DNA of 64,000 nt from Octopus sinensis. Lineage: Eukaryota. Below, piece by piece: positions 1-12,996 of this stretch. Numbering within the stretch: position 1 is the stretch's first letter; every line of letters begins with the position of its first letter. Location: positions 4,774,001 to 4,838,000 of the forward strand of contig NC_043013.1 of the NCBI RefSeq assembly GCF_006345805.1, read 5' to 3'. The position numbers and the translations under genes were made by a program. The notes under the pieces are model-generated. The model was not told the origin of the DNA. It worked only from the letters and a program-made list of their open reading frames with translations, and did no database searches.

Positions 1-149
1 TCGATTTACTGGATCATACTCAAAGTGGTTTCTTTGCTCGCATGCACCATCTTTGCTACATTCACCCACCTTTTTTTGAAACTTTCACGAGACAAAACCT
101 GCCTCTCCATTCTCACCTTCCTTTTCAAGTGGTACTTGAAAAAGTTGAT

Positions 150-2160
150 GAGCAATTAGCCAGAGAGGTAAGTGTTTGTTTCTAATCTTTTCACTCGAGT
201 CCACCACACACATTCTTTCACCATGGCCACCAGTACGATGAAGTCTGCCTTGCCTTCCTGGTTGAGTGAAGGTGGCAGAGCAATTGCCACGATAGACTCA
301 GCTGACAGGCGGACTCGTCCCACACGTGACAGCAGCCGTTCAGCATAAGCCCACAGGTCCGAAATGGCTGGACACTGCATGAGTGCGTGCAGAACAGTGT
401 CATCGCTTTGACTGCATCTCAGGCAAGTCGGTCCTGTGTGTCTCAAACCATGCCTGTAGAGCTTATCCCGAACAGGTAATGCTTTTCGATAGCACTACCA
501 GGCCAGGGATCTTTGGTGATTGTCCATAAGTCCCGGCCCGAAAGTTGTCCTGAACAGGAGGGTTAGGTGTTCCTCATCGACGCCCAGATTCTGCCCGAGA
601 ACGTCATCGCACCTCCCCTCTACTAATCCTCTATAGAACACCTTTGTTGTAATGAAGTTGCACAAGTTTGGTCCCGGATGGCAGAGTTGCTTGAGAGCAA
701 AGCGACACTCGCAGTGCCATTCGCCTAGCCTCGGTCTGTTTGATCCACAACAGCAGTTTGGCCAAGGAGACAAGCTGCAAGAAAGCACGCCACACAAACG
801 GCAACCACACCTGTTCACCATCGTCTATGAAGCGCTGGAGATGTCCCAGTCTCAGCATATGTTTGTGCATCATCAACCACACCATGCCTAGCCCTCCATT
901 TAGCGGGTGTTGACAGCAAATGGATCGCCTAACCATCAAAATGCTTCCCTTCCACAAGAAGTGGAAGAGTGTGTTCCAGTTTGGTGATGGTAGGGTCAGG
1001 ACAAGGCACGACGGTCAGACGGTACTCGATGACAGATGCAATGTATGCATTCACCACCTCCGCCCGACCTTTTAGGGATAGCTTCCTCTTGGCCAATTGC
1101 TGGGTGAGAGTGGTCACCCTAGTCGTTATTTTGCCCCAATTCTGCGTTTACAGGTCGAGACCAAACCAGACTCCAAGCAATTTAACCAGTCCATCGGTCC
1201 AGCGTCCCACGATGGAGACGTTGTTGGACAGCATGGGCTTGCTTCTCCAGATGCTGAGCCGCAAGCCCACTGACTTTTCTCAGTTAATTTTTGCTCCCAT
1301 TACCACTTCATATTCTTTTAGTGTCTTGGGTCGATGTGCTTGTGGCTCAACACTATGATGGTGACATCGTCCGCATATGCAGAGATGCTCCTCCCGCATC
1401 CCAGCTCTCGTGGGATGACCATCAGCATCGCCAACTTCCACAATAATGGCTCAAGAGTCAATATATACAGAAGCAACGAGAGGGGGCATCCTTGACGAAC
1501 TGAATGCATGATATTAAATGGTCTGGATAGATGACCATTTATGCGAACTACCAAGCGGATGCCACTGTATAAAGCAGCAATCCAACCGTGGAAGATGGGA
1601 CCAAAACCAGCTGCTTTAAGGACAGCCTCCAAGTAGCAATGGTCTACCCTATCGAAAGCTTTTGATTGATCCAAATTGATCAGCGCCCCACCCATGCCAG
1701 GATCCTTAGCTACCCTGTCTATGATGTAGCACATCAGATGGAGGTTGTCATGGATACTCCTACCCGGCACGACGCACATTTGCACCTTGTCAACTAGTTT
1801 CTCGATGACAAGCGCCAACCTCTCGGCTAACACCTTGGCCAAAATTTTCAAATCTGCATTGAACAGAGTGATGGGCCTGAAGTTATCTATGATGCTCCCC
1901 TTGTTTGGATCTTTCTTTAGTAGTGCCACTGCTCGTCGCTTTACAAAGACGGGGATACTCCCATTTTGCTGCCATGATGCCCCCAAACAAGTCTGGCATA
2001 TGACAATAAAGTTTGTAGGGCAGACCATCCAAGCATGGTGACTTGTCTCTCGCACAGCCTGCCATCGCATCCCGTACATCCGGCAGTTTCAAATAGGTTT
2101 GAAACTGCCCCTAGGGGTCAATTCCTCCCTTGAAAACACGCTCAAATGAAAGCTGGGTGC
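150..2160 (-). mobile_element. L1-clade (Tx1-like) non-LTR retrotransposon ORF2 fragment, frameshifted, in DAD1 intron 1
   Basis: Consecutive minus-strand ORFs carry KSPCLDGLPYKLY, NFRPITLFNADLKILAKVLAERL, LDQSKAFDRVDH, VRQGCPLS, AYADDVTI and a C-terminal CLRC..H..C zinc motif. The ORF is broken across at least 5 frames. Confidence 0.9.
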
Positions 2161-3727
2161 GTTACACACCTTATGTGCAAAAATTGAAACAAAATGTATG
2201 CAATAAAAGGTTGAAAAAAGGGGTTACCTGCGGAGCCGATTTGACATCACGTAGGTCGGTCGGTTAGTAGATAGATGGATAGAAAGATAAAACCTGCATG
2301 GTGTATAATCTGTGGATAGTTGTTAGGGTTAATCATGTGCATACTTTTGGATCAAAGACCTCTATCAGACATTCTCTCTATTTGCATTTTTGTTCTTAGA
2401 GTGGCCATCCCTGGTCCTGCTAAAAGGCTCTGCTCTGGAAGCACTAGATGTACTTCCAGCCATGGTATAGTTAGGGCTGGGTGCTATCTTCTTAATGAAG
2501 TGTGCTTCCGTGAGTCTGAGGTTGACTGTAGCTATATCCCTCACCAGTATACAGGTGGAAAAATCCCTACTACATTGCTGGTGGTGTGGCCTCAAGGAGA
2601 TACTGCTTCACCCTTAGGTGAAGCTGAGAGTGAAGTAATATCTTCTTGAGGTCATTCTACGGATGTATAAAGAGATAGATATGAATGTCTTCCTGGGGCT
2701 AAAAACAACAGTAACACCATCTTCTAAAAAAGACTGAAAAACTTGGGGGGGGGGATAAGTTTTGAAATACCGATATAATTTTTTTTTTTGCAAATTCGGA
2801 ATCTCCGCAGTCAAAAAGGTGGATTTCTGTAGAAAGAAAAATACATAAAATAACCGAAAGGGGGGGTGCAGTCCATGTCCTTTAACTCCGCCAACGAACA
2901 TATGGGCGTTCTTTGTACTTTAGTCTATTTTTGTTTCAACAATCTGTCTTGTAATTCTTTTACAAATTTACATCGAACTTCGGCTGATTAGACAGAAATC
3001 TGTCTACCCGAAGAGATTAGCGAAATAATGTTACTGAAAAGTTTCACTTTACTCCTTATTTTATTGATCCTGAAATGTTGAAAGGTAAAGATCAGTCATT
3101 GCTAATATGCCACCTTAGGCACTCTTTCATCAATTCAACGGATTTCGAAAATGGTATTTTAAAGCATTATTCTTTATCCAAAGTATATCAATCATATACG
3201 ATGGTGTAAACAACGCAACCGCCTGTTGATGCTGCAGATCGAACTTAGCGGTTCAACCTATTATGTCCTATGCCTCTGCTCGAACCCTGTTGATGTGTGT
3301 TGAATACAATGCTGCTGCCTTCTCGTGACAAGTAAAAAATTTTATTGACCACTCGACGGAACCTCAGCGAGATATAGTTTGAAATCGCGAAATACGAGTC
3401 ACTCCTTCAGCAAACAGTAAAACCATTTTCACTGCTTTGCCTTTCATCCTTTCGGGGTCGATAAATAAAGCACAAGTTTCGCACTGGGGGGTCGATGTAA
3501 TCGACTTAATCCCTTTGTCTGTCCTTGTTTGTCCCCTCTATGTTTAGCCCCTTGTGGGCAGTAAATAAAGAATTATATATACTAAACTATACCAGAATCT
3601 GAAATCAATCAACGGATGAATTTCAAGACTTTCTTTCCGAAGCTGGTCTCATATTTATGTCGTAAAAAAAAATAGGATGCAACCTGAATAAAGAAAATTA
3701 ACATTTCATACAATAAAATAAACTTAC

Positions 3728-3938
3728 CAGCGAGAATGAATGATCCTACACTTGATATAAAACCGGAGAGGAATGAATTAAACGGGAAGGTGCCAACCAC
3801 ACAAATGTACAAAAACTGCATCACGCCCGTGAGGAAAACATAGACGAGATATGCATCTATAATCTTAAGTTTCTTCGGCGTGTTTGCGATGTATTCGTCC
3901 CAAAATTTGGTCAGAACATTTAATATTTTTTCCGGCAT
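3728..3938 (-). CDS. DAD1: DAD1/OST2 (oligosaccharyltransferase subunit) coding exon 1; remaining exon(s) outside the window
   Basis: [70 protein letters not shown] is the DAD1 signature. The exon is 211 nt and ends at a G|gtaagt donor (3728/3727). Confidence 0.97.
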
Positions 3939-4225
3939 GTTTCTTCTAAAAAGGTTTTCTAAAAAGGTTCTGCAATGATGCCTTATTTACACTCGGAAAA
4001 TGCGTAACGAAGGAAAGCGGACGTAGCTGAAATGCGACAACGTCAACGTGGCAATGGATTCTCGTATTGCGAGAGTTGAGCGAGATTTCGTTGCTGCTTT
4101 CGTTTCACGTGTATTTTACCGAAATTTGCGGGAATCGTCACAGATATGAAAATTTGTTAGGAATTTCGGGCATCACATTTTTTTGTCAATGGGCAGTTAT
4201 GATTGCTGTTGCCAAATGAAATATT

Positions 4226-4494
4226 GGTACTACTAGCAAACAGTGGTCCCGGTGCGCGCGCACGCGCTAGCTAGTCGTAAGTAGTCGATCCTAAATAATT
4301 TTTTAAACTAAGTAAATAAATTATTTTTATAAACAAACTAAGGTTAGGGTTAGAGTTAAAAAATTAGGGTTAGGGTTAAAAAATTAGGTTTAGGGTTAGG
4401 GTTAAGGTTAAACAGTCGTAGGATCCACTACTTACGACTAGCTAGCACGGATGCGCTTGTGCGCGCCCCGGGACCACTGTTCGCTAGTTGTACC
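4226..4494. mobile_element. MITE-like element with about 65-bp imperfect TIRs and internal TTAGGG-like repeats
   Basis: ggtactactagcaaacagtggtcccgg...ctagctagtcgtaagtagt is mirrored by actacttacgactagctag...ccgggaccactgttcgctagttgtacc. The interior reads ttagggttagggttaa. Confidence 0.85.
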
Positions 4495-4693
4495 TGAAAT
4501 ATATTCGAAAGGAGCTGAATTGGTTAATGTTTACTTAAACATCCGGCCACTACAACAAAAGAAAAAAATGTGTATTAAATGAATATGAAAACTGAAATTT
4601 GCGCCAACGAACTGGGGGGATGAGGAGAGAACTTTCAAAAAATTCACAAGATCCGATTTTTTTTTCCTCATAACTTTAAGGAATATGGATATC

Positions 4694-4994
4694 GGATCTT
4701 TTCGGTTTGAACGGCAGTTTTTAACATAATGTACATAAACCCAAACTGTTTCTTAAATGAGAGACTTATTCATATGACACAGAATGTTTTTTAGCTCAAT
4801 AGATGTCAGTGATTGGTTGAAATTGCAGAAATTGAAGGTAAAAAACAACAAATATCTTACAAACTATAGAATTTTCTCAATAAAGCCAAGAGAAAAAGAT
4901 GTTTTATAAACACATTCTACCAGTATACGAAGTTTAAAATTTTTTAGTTACCTAGAAATTATGTTAAAAACTGCCGTTCAAACCGAAAAGATCC
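4694..4994. mobile_element. MITE family copy 1 (TIR ggatcttttcggtttgaacggcagttttt)
   Basis: About 29-bp terminal inverted repeats; near-identical interior to 34925-35338. Confidence 0.85.
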
Positions 4995-5877
4995 AAACCT
5001 TTTTTCTATGACTTTTGCATCTTGTTAATTTTCAGAAAGTCCCCTCCCCACCTGCTGGTTAATTGGTGCAAATTTTTGTTTTCCCATTCGTTTAATACAC
5101 ATTTTATACTTTTTTTTTTCTTTTTTGGTGTCCAGGTGTTAAAGTAAACATTAATAACCACTGAATTCGTCAAAAGCAGAAGCTAAAATATAACTAAGAA
5201 TGCCTAGTTGAAGCTAACTAACGTGCTAAATATAAAACCCGTGTCGTCAAAAATGAGATCAGTTTTATTGATTACAAAATAGTTCAAAACAACTGGAGAA
5301 ACGCTTGATAGATTCCTCTAATAGGGAAAAAATAAAGTCCCTTTCTTTTTCCATCTAAGACTCATAAACTCGTGTGGTGTTTTCAGACCCCCTGCTCATA
5401 AAACCCCAAGCTTATACCCTTCCATTCAGTCATGTCTGACGATAGCTTGCTTCTCCACATTTTTCAGCACATAACCATTCTGAAACAGGAACCGACTGTT
5501 ATCTAACTAAATATATGATATTGTATAAATCACACCATACATCATCATCATCCTTTAACATCTGTTTTCCATGATGGCATGACCCGGAGGACGGAATGAC
5601 CAGAGCTGGGAATCTGCACCAGATTCCAGTTTGATTTGGCTCGGTTTCTATGGCTGGATGCCCTTCCTAACATCAACCATTTTACACTGTATACCAACAG
5701 CACAAGTGCTTTTTCCTATGTGGCACCAGCACGAGTGCTTTTTACATGGCACTGGCACAGAACTCTTGCAGTCCAATCATTTACACCAGGGGATGTAGCT
5801 TTAAAACTTCAGCAGTGAAGTCCAGGGCTTCTTGAGTACAGCTAGCTGCCAAGTATATTGGTCCCTTATATATATAT

Positions 5878-6230
5878 CTCATCATCATTTAACGTCCGTT
5901 CTCCATGCTAGCATGGGTTGGACGGTTCAACTGGGGTCTGGGAAGCCAGAAGGCTGCACCAGGCTCCAGTCTGATCTGGCAGTGTTTCTACAGCTGGATG
6001 CTCTTCCTAACGCCAACCACTCCGTGAGTGTAGTGGGTGCTTTTTACGTGCCAGGCAAGGCTGACAACGGCCACGATTGGATTGGTGCTTTTTACGTGCC
6101 ACCGGCACGGAAGCCAGTCAAGGCGGTGCTGGCATCGGCCATGTTCGGATGGTGCTTTTTACGTGCCACCGGCATGGAAGCCAGTCGAGGCGGTACTGGC
6201 ATCGGCCACGTTTGGATGGTGCTTTTTGTG
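5878..6230 (-). mobile_element. 5'-truncated RTE-X 3'UTR copy
   Basis: (CAT)n tail, ttaacgtccg...gcccttcctaacgccaaccac body and gtgccaccggcac units, as at 22753-23170. Confidence 0.8.
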
Positions 6231-6334
6231 TGTGCATATTTATATATGTATGTATACACACAAACACATATGTACATCCATACACCCACGCAAACAAAAC
6301 ACTTGTATCTACATACACATACACATGCAGACAC

Positions 6335-6368
<34 letters not shown>

Positions 6369-6994
6369 CAGGATAGTCATTTTTCTTTTTGCCAAATAAA
6401 CACATGCACTGAATATTCGTTCACTCATTTATTAATGTTCTTATTTTATAATACACACAAACTCGAGTTTCTGGGCATTGACGCGTCAGAAACTCAAGTC
6501 CGTGTGTATCATAAGTTGAAGACGGGAAGGATGGCTTCCCTTTGCAAACACTGATAGGGCACAGAAAGTGTGTCTATAGCCAGCTGGAGGAGGTGTCCTC
6601 CTGGGACTACAAACTACAGTAGCATCCACCCTTAGGGGTTAGCCATATTTAAATGGCATATGTACGTCACGATGTGTTGTAGCTACTGTTTATAACTTGC
6701 TCTGACATTCATTATTGCTTGCTTACACTTTTTCGATATCAGTGTCTATCGATACTGGAAAAAGTATAAGTGTTTGTGAAGGGAACCTGCTTCTTATTTC
6801 ATACATTGTCTGGAAATCTTTTGTCACATATTGGTGACCTCTTCAGTGACCCTTTCCATCCACCTGTATCCTCCAGCTCCATCTAGTCCATTTCCAGACA
6901 ATGGACATAAGATGAAATAAGAACAATAATAAGCGAGTGAAAAATGAATATATAGTGTGTGTGTTTATTTGGCAAAAAAAAAAAATTACCATTA

Positions 6995-7395
6995 GGTGCA
7001 GGAGTGGCTGTGTGGTAAGTAGCTTGTTTACCTACCACATGGTTCCAGGTTCAGTCCCACTGCATGGCACCTTGGGCAAGTGTCTTCTACTATAGCCTTG
7101 GGCTGACCAATGCCTTGTGAGTGGATTTGGTAGACGGAAACTGAAAGAAGCCCGTCGTATATATGTATATATATATATATGTTTGTGTGTCTGTGTTTGT
7201 CCCCCTAGCATTGCTTGACAACCGATGCTGGTGTGTTTATGTCCCTGTTACTTAGCGATTCGGCAAAAGAGACCAATAGAATAAGTACTGGGCTTACAAA
7301 AGAATAAGTCCCGGGGTCGAGTTGCTCGATTAAAGGTGGTATTCCAGCATGGCCGCAGTCAAATGACTGAAACAAGTAAAAGAGTCAAAAGAGTA
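6995..7395 (+). mobile_element. tRNA-derived SINE family A
   Basis: Head ggtgcaggagtggctgtgtggtaag...ggttcagtccc, central (TA)n/(TG)n, tail gactgaaacaagtaaaagag. Confidence 0.85.
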
Positions 7396-7749
7396 TTCCG
7401 AAATATAACAATATCTGTTTCAACAGAGTTTCATATCGGAAATCTTATAACACAGCTGGCATGGGTTGGACAATTTGACATGGAGCTGGCCAGCTGTTCA
7501 GACTCTAATTGTCTGTCGTGGCATGGTTTCTACAGCTGGATGCCCTTCCTAATGCCAACCACTTAATAGAATCTGCTGAGTGTTTCTTATGTGCCACTGG
7601 CATGGGTATATTTACACAGCACTGGCCCAGGTGCATTTACATAGGACTGTCATGGGGGGGGGGGGCATTTACACAGTGATTTTACTTAGCTTGATGCATC
7701 ATATACCGCAGATTGCCACATCTCCTGGTCCCCTTTCATTTCCTTAGTG

Positions 7750-8690
7750 AGGCTCAGCATCCAAAGATCCTTTCTCTTCATGTTGTCCCATGTCTACCTG
7801 AATCTACCCCTTCCACAATTAGAGCTCAGTACTTCTTTATGCAGCTGTCCTCATCCATATGAATCACATGACCATACCAGCATAGTCTTCTCTCTTGCTC
7901 ACAGCATTCGATACCTCTTATACCCAGTTTTCCTCTTAATTATTTGCAATCTGTCGTGCATGCACACTGACATTACCCATCCAGTGGAGCATGCTAGCTT
8001 CATTTCTTTCAAGCCTTCACATTTCCTCTGCGGTCAAAGTCCTCTGCGGTCACTGCCATATAACACATGCGTCATACACTCTGCCTCTCACTCTGAGGGG
8101 GAGACCTTCAGTTACCAACAAAGGTAGAAACTCTCTGACCTTTGCCCAGCCTATTCCTATTCTAGTAACAACACTTTCAGAACTTCCTCCTCCACTGCTA
8201 ATTTGGACTCCTAGGTAACAGAAGCTATCTACTACTTCTATTGTCATTGCGTTTTTAGTGCTTATTGTACCTATACATTTGCCACACACAAAGACTATAT
8301 TTTCTATATGCTCTATTAAACTTCCTGTAATACCACTACACCTCTTACATGTCCAAAGCTAGCACTGAGTACAACACATGGAGTTTCTACTAATACCCTT
8401 CTTACATATCAAGCAGGTTCATCTCCCAGAAGGGGCTTGTGACTTGTCTGTTTTCCTAGGACTTGGGTTTTCACTAAATTAATTCTAAGGTCCTTAGATT
8501 CCAGGCTTTACTTCCACACCTGAAATTTCTTATCAAGGTCAGGTAGTGATTCAGCTATAAGAACTAGATCATCAGCATACAGGAGCTCCCAGGGACAGTC
8601 CATCATGAATTCCTCTGTTAAGGCCTGGAAGACTAAGATAAACAAGATGGGGCTCATAACTGAGCCTTTATTTATCAAAAAATGCTATGA
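7750..8690 (-). mobile_element. Degraded RTE-X RT/C-terminal fragment
   Basis: EVVDSFCYLGVQISSGGGSSESVVTRIGIGWAKVREFLPLL parallels the 23736-24989 ORF. Confidence 0.8.
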
Positions 8691-8741
8691 CGATAAAAAT
8701 AAACCTTCTTTTGTATAATGTTATTCAATAAAGTTACCTAA

Positions 8742-9365
8742 AGGCGCAGGAGTGGCTGTGTGGTAAGTAGCTTGCTAAGAAGGCGGCGAGCTGGCAGAAA
8801 CGTTAGCACGCCGGGCGAAATGAGTAGCCGTATTTCGTCTGCCGTTACGTTCTGAGTTAAAATTCCGCCGAGGTCGTCTTTGCCTTTCATCCTTTCGGGG
8901 TCGATTAAATAAGTACCAGTTACGCACTGGGGTCGATATGATCGACTTAATTCGTATGTCTGTCCTTGTTTGTCCCCTCTGTGTTTAGCCCCTTGTGGGT
9001 AGTAAAGAAAAAAGTAAGTAGCTTGCTAACCAACCACATGCTTCCGGGTTCAGTCCCACTGCATGGCATCTTGGGCAAGTGTCTTCTGCTATAGCCCCGG
9101 GCCGACCAATGCCTTGTGAGTGGATTTGGTAGACAGAAACTGAAAGAAGCCTGTCATATATATGTATGTGTGTGTTTGTCCCCCTAGCTTTGCTTGACAA
9201 CCGATGCTGGTGTGTTTACATCCCCGTCACTTAGCGGTTCGGCAAAAGAGACCAATAGAATAAGTACTGGGCTTACAAAGAATAAGTCCTGGGGGCGATT
9301 TGCTCGACTAAAGGCAGTGCTCCAGCATGGTTGCAGTTAAATTGACTGAAACAAGTAAAAGAGAG
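8742..9365 (+). mobile_element. SINE A interrupted by SINE B (8779-9013)
   Basis: GTAAGTAGCTTGCTAA is duplicated at 8763-8778 and 9014-9029 around a ggcggcgagctggcag...cctttcatcctttcggggtcga element. Confidence 0.9.
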
Positions 9366-9619
9366 GGTAAGGTTTCTGGGATATCGCAAGTGATAGGCTA
9401 GCATGTCCAGACACTGAATATTCCATCAGAGGAGACAAAGTGAGTATGGGATAATCCAGAAACAGCTGTAAGACTTCAAATTAATCTTATCTGAAATTAA
9501 ATTATCATAAATGACTTGAGATACTCATCCTGCTTTGGTTTTGATGTCCTTTTTCTCTAATGTGTATGTGTGTATACACACATACACATACATACAGACA
9601 TACATACATATGTATGTAT

Positions 9620-9805
9620 AGGTGCAGGAGTGGCTATATAGGTGCAGGAGTGGCTGTGTGGTAAGTACCTTGCTAACCAACCACATGGCTCTGGGTTCAG
9701 TCCCACTGCGGGGCATCTTGGGCAAGTGTCTTCTGCTATAGCCCCGGGCCGACCAATGTCTTGTGAGTGGATTTGGTAGACGGAAACTGAAAGAAGCCTG
9801 TTGTA

Positions 9806-9852
<47 letters not shown>

Positions 9853-10070
9853 GTGTGTGTTTGTGTGTCTGTGTTTGTCCCCCTAGCACTGCTTAACAAC
9901 CGATGCTGGTGTGTTTATGTCCCCGTTACTTAGCGGTTCGGCAAAAGAGACCGATAGAATAAGTACTGGGCTTATAAAGAATAAGTCCCGGGGTCGATTT
10001 GCTCGATTAAAGGCGGTGCTCCAGCATGGCCGCAGTCAAATGACTGAAACAAGTAAAAGAGTAAAAGAGT
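9620..10070 (+). mobile_element. SINE A with duplicated head
   Basis: ggtgcaggagtggct occurs twice, followed by the full body and (TA)n. Confidence 0.85.
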
Positions 10071-10194
10071 ATACACACACATACATACACACACACACAC
10101 ATATATATATACATACGTGTGTGTGTATATATAACAGAAACACAAAATTTTTATACATTGTAGTGATAACACTTGCCATTTTATATTTACATAA

Positions 10195-10200
10195 TTTATT
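10195..10200 (-). promoter_or_regulatory. Candidate PEX10 polyadenylation signal AATAAA
   Basis: tttatt on + strand, 25 nt past the PEX10 stop; the region is AT-rich, so a chance occurrence is possible. Confidence 0.35.
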
Positions 10201-10225
10201 ACATACAAATGTTAGAATTTGGGTG

Positions 10226-10297
10226 TCAAAAGTCATAATTTTGGAGATAAATAAGACGACAGCTCAGAAGTTTCTCTCTGCATAATGGGCATTCCCC
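10226..10297 (-). CDS. PEX10: PEX10 exon 7 (GECPLCREKLLSCRLIYLQNYDF*)
   Basis: ttttacctgtag|GGG acceptor, phase 0, final RING CPLC pair, TGA at 10228-10226. Confidence 0.95.
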   Translation of the reverse strand, partial: GECPLCREKLLSCRLIYLQNYDF

Positions 10298-10581
10298 CTA
10301 CAGGTAAAAGAAACAAACATTTATATTAAATTTGTATCAAAAATTAGTCGGCAGAAACAGTTCAAACAATAGAGTAAATTAAAATTTGCCACAAGGAAGA
10401 GAAATTTAAATGCATTGAGCAGGCCTGTAAATTACAGAGATATGTTTTCTAATAATAATGAATAAATTGACAAAACACATATACTGATTTAGGTTGATAG
10501 ATTGTAAAAAAAATCCAAGATACTCTTTGTCTATTTAATTGAAATACCAATGACTGGAATAAAGGTTATGCAATCTAAATA

Positions 10582-10975
10582 TAGGTGCAGGAGTGGCTGT
10601 GTGGTAAGTAGCTTGTTTACCAACCACATGGTTCCGGGTTCAGTCCCACTGCGTGGCACCTTGGGCAAGTGCCTTCTGCTATAGCCCCGGGCCGACCAAT
10701 GCCTTGTGAGTGGATTTGGTAGACGGAAACTGAAAGAAGCCCGTCGTATATATGTATATATATATATATGCGTGTGTGTGTTTGCGTGTCTGTGTTTGTC
10801 CCCCCAACATCGCTTGACAACCGATGCTGATATGTTTACGTCCCCATAACTTAGCGGTTCGGTAAAAAGGCCGATAGTATAAGTACTAGGCTTACAATGA
10901 ATAAGTCCTGGGGGTCGAATTGCCAACCAAAGCCTTGTGAGTGGATTTGGTAGACGAAACTGAAAGAAGCCTGTC

Positions 10976-11023
<48 letters not shown>

Positions 11024-11255
11024 TTGTGTGTGTGTTTGTGTGTCTGTGTTTGTCCCTCCCAACATCGCTTGACAACCGATGCTGGTATGTTTACGCCCCC
11101 GTTACTTAGTGGTTCGGCAAAAGAGACCGATAGAATAAGTACTAGGCTTACAAAAAAATAAGTCCTGGGGTCAATTTGCTCGACAAAAAAAGGCGGTGCT
11201 CCAGCATGGCCGCAGTCAAAATGACTGAAACAAGTAAAGTAAAGTAAAGTAAAAG
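10582..11255 (+). mobile_element. Tandem SINE A dimer (full copy plus 5'-truncated copy)
   Basis: The body gtgagtggatttggtagacg...cttagcggttcgg occurs twice in direct orientation. Confidence 0.8.
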
Positions 11256-12504
11256 TAAGACCATGAATGGAATGATCCAACCATTCCATTTATGACTATC
11301 CAATCTTATTTTTGACAATGTATACCAGACTACATCATCCAGTGTGTCCTTTCCTTATTTCAAATGGAAGAATGTAAAAAGTAGAAACTGAGGATAACTT
11401 GACTGTTATTTCTAATGAATTGAGATCTAGCTTGTGAGATGGACAGTTCGTTACTGCGGTAACTTCCAACAGTGTCTGTTTCAACACCAACCTCATTCCA
11501 GGATACTGCTACAACATCATCCTAAGAAGACTTTCTGTCCTACACAGTCTCTGCTATTACATAAACACTCAGACACATCTATAACACTACTCCAACACCA
11601 ACAAGCCAATAAGGGATCTTCAATATGGCGTTAAGGACTGGCTAAATATGGCAGCCAAATTTCCTCAAATCAAACCCATCTTAGAAAAGGACATGTTGGA
11701 TAATGTGGTACTGGGTTCTCTGCATGTAAAAAAAAATAAAGACTAGATGGTTATGGTGAAATGCCTATAATCACAGGTCTGCTGAATCAACCAAACAACA
11801 GTAAGAATAAAAATATCCTAGTCATATCAGGTATAAGTTAGAAAACAAGCAATTTCCTACAACTTTCAAAGAGCAGACTTTGGGTAACTGCTAGGTGGAG
11901 GTCTGACATATCTAGTACAGGGATTCAAAACTGTTTTCTGTATTTACTTCCTTTACAAGTTTACCATCCTGGTTTCCCTCACATCAAATGAAGAAGTCTT
12001 GTAAACAACTCAATTATTGCTTAACATTAATATCCTTAAAATTATTAAGGAAAATAAATCTTGCAAAAACTGTAAATAATGACAAAGAATTTTTCAACCT
12101 AAAAACAATTTCCCCATTGGAATCCCCAATTTGCCCTTGGAATCTTGAAATTTCCCTAGGCTCATTTTGAGGATTTAGAGCAATAATTCTGTAGGTTGCA
12201 CCTAAAATGTTCAACTCACTACTTAGGTGGGGTCTATTAGGCTGATCTGGGGCTATATGAGAACAAGAAATGACACATAAAACAGAATTCTCAACATAAT
12301 ATATTCGAATAATAGATGGGATTGTCATGGCTGGAATGCTTGTCATCAGAGATTTGCTTGATCGTGTCTGGCATAAAACTCAAGGAGGGATATACTGGGT
12401 AATGAAGTCCAAGATATACTATGTCTATGTATGAGTAAAAGATAGGATAGTCATGACTGGAATACTCTTGATTATGGATCTGCTTGATCAAAGATGAACA
12501 GATA

Positions 12505-12670
12505 GGCGCAGGAGTGGCTGTGTGGTAAGTAGCTTGCTAACCAACCACATGGTTCCGGGTTCAGTCCCACTGCATGGCATCTTGGGCAAGTGTCTTCTGC
12601 TATAGCCCCGACCAATGCTTTGTGAGTGGATTTGGTAGACAGAAACTGAAAGAAGCCTGTTGTATATATG

Positions 12671-12701
<31 letters not shown>

Positions 12702-12906
12702 TTGTGTGTCTGTGTTTGTCCCCCTAGCAATGCTTAACAACCGATGCTGGTGTGTTTACGTCCCCGTCACTTAGCGGTTCGGCAAAAGAGACCGATAGAA
12801 TAAGTACTGGGCTTACAAAGAATAAGTCCCGGGGTCGATTTGCTCGTCTAAAGGTGGTGCTTTAGCATGGCCGCAGTCAAATGACTGAAACAAGTAAAAG
12901 AGTAAA

Positions 12907-12910
<4 letters not shown>
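12505..12910 (+). mobile_element. SINE A
   Basis: Full head-to-tail match to the other copies. Confidence 0.85.
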
Positions 12911-12941
<31 letters not shown>

Positions 12942-12996
12942 AAAAGCAAACTTAAAAGAAAGGAAGCTTGAGAGGTGTGACACTGCAGCCTCTTAC

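Noticed and set aside
1-3600. DAD1 exon 2 (expected VCLR.Q.NP.N..ERAFADF)
   Set aside because: Not found on the minus strand in this interval; presumably it lies left of the window.
3609-3727. C-terminal 39 aa of the ORF-track DAD1 call
   Set aside because: This is intron read-through past the gtaagt donor at 3727; DAD1 similarity ends at FILA.
6805-6850. Hammerhead-like CTGAAGA-GGTCAC..GTGAC on the minus strand (weaker hints at 5436, 28880 and 37440)
   Set aside because: The GAAA core is lost and no convincing stems I and III form; at most these are decayed relics.
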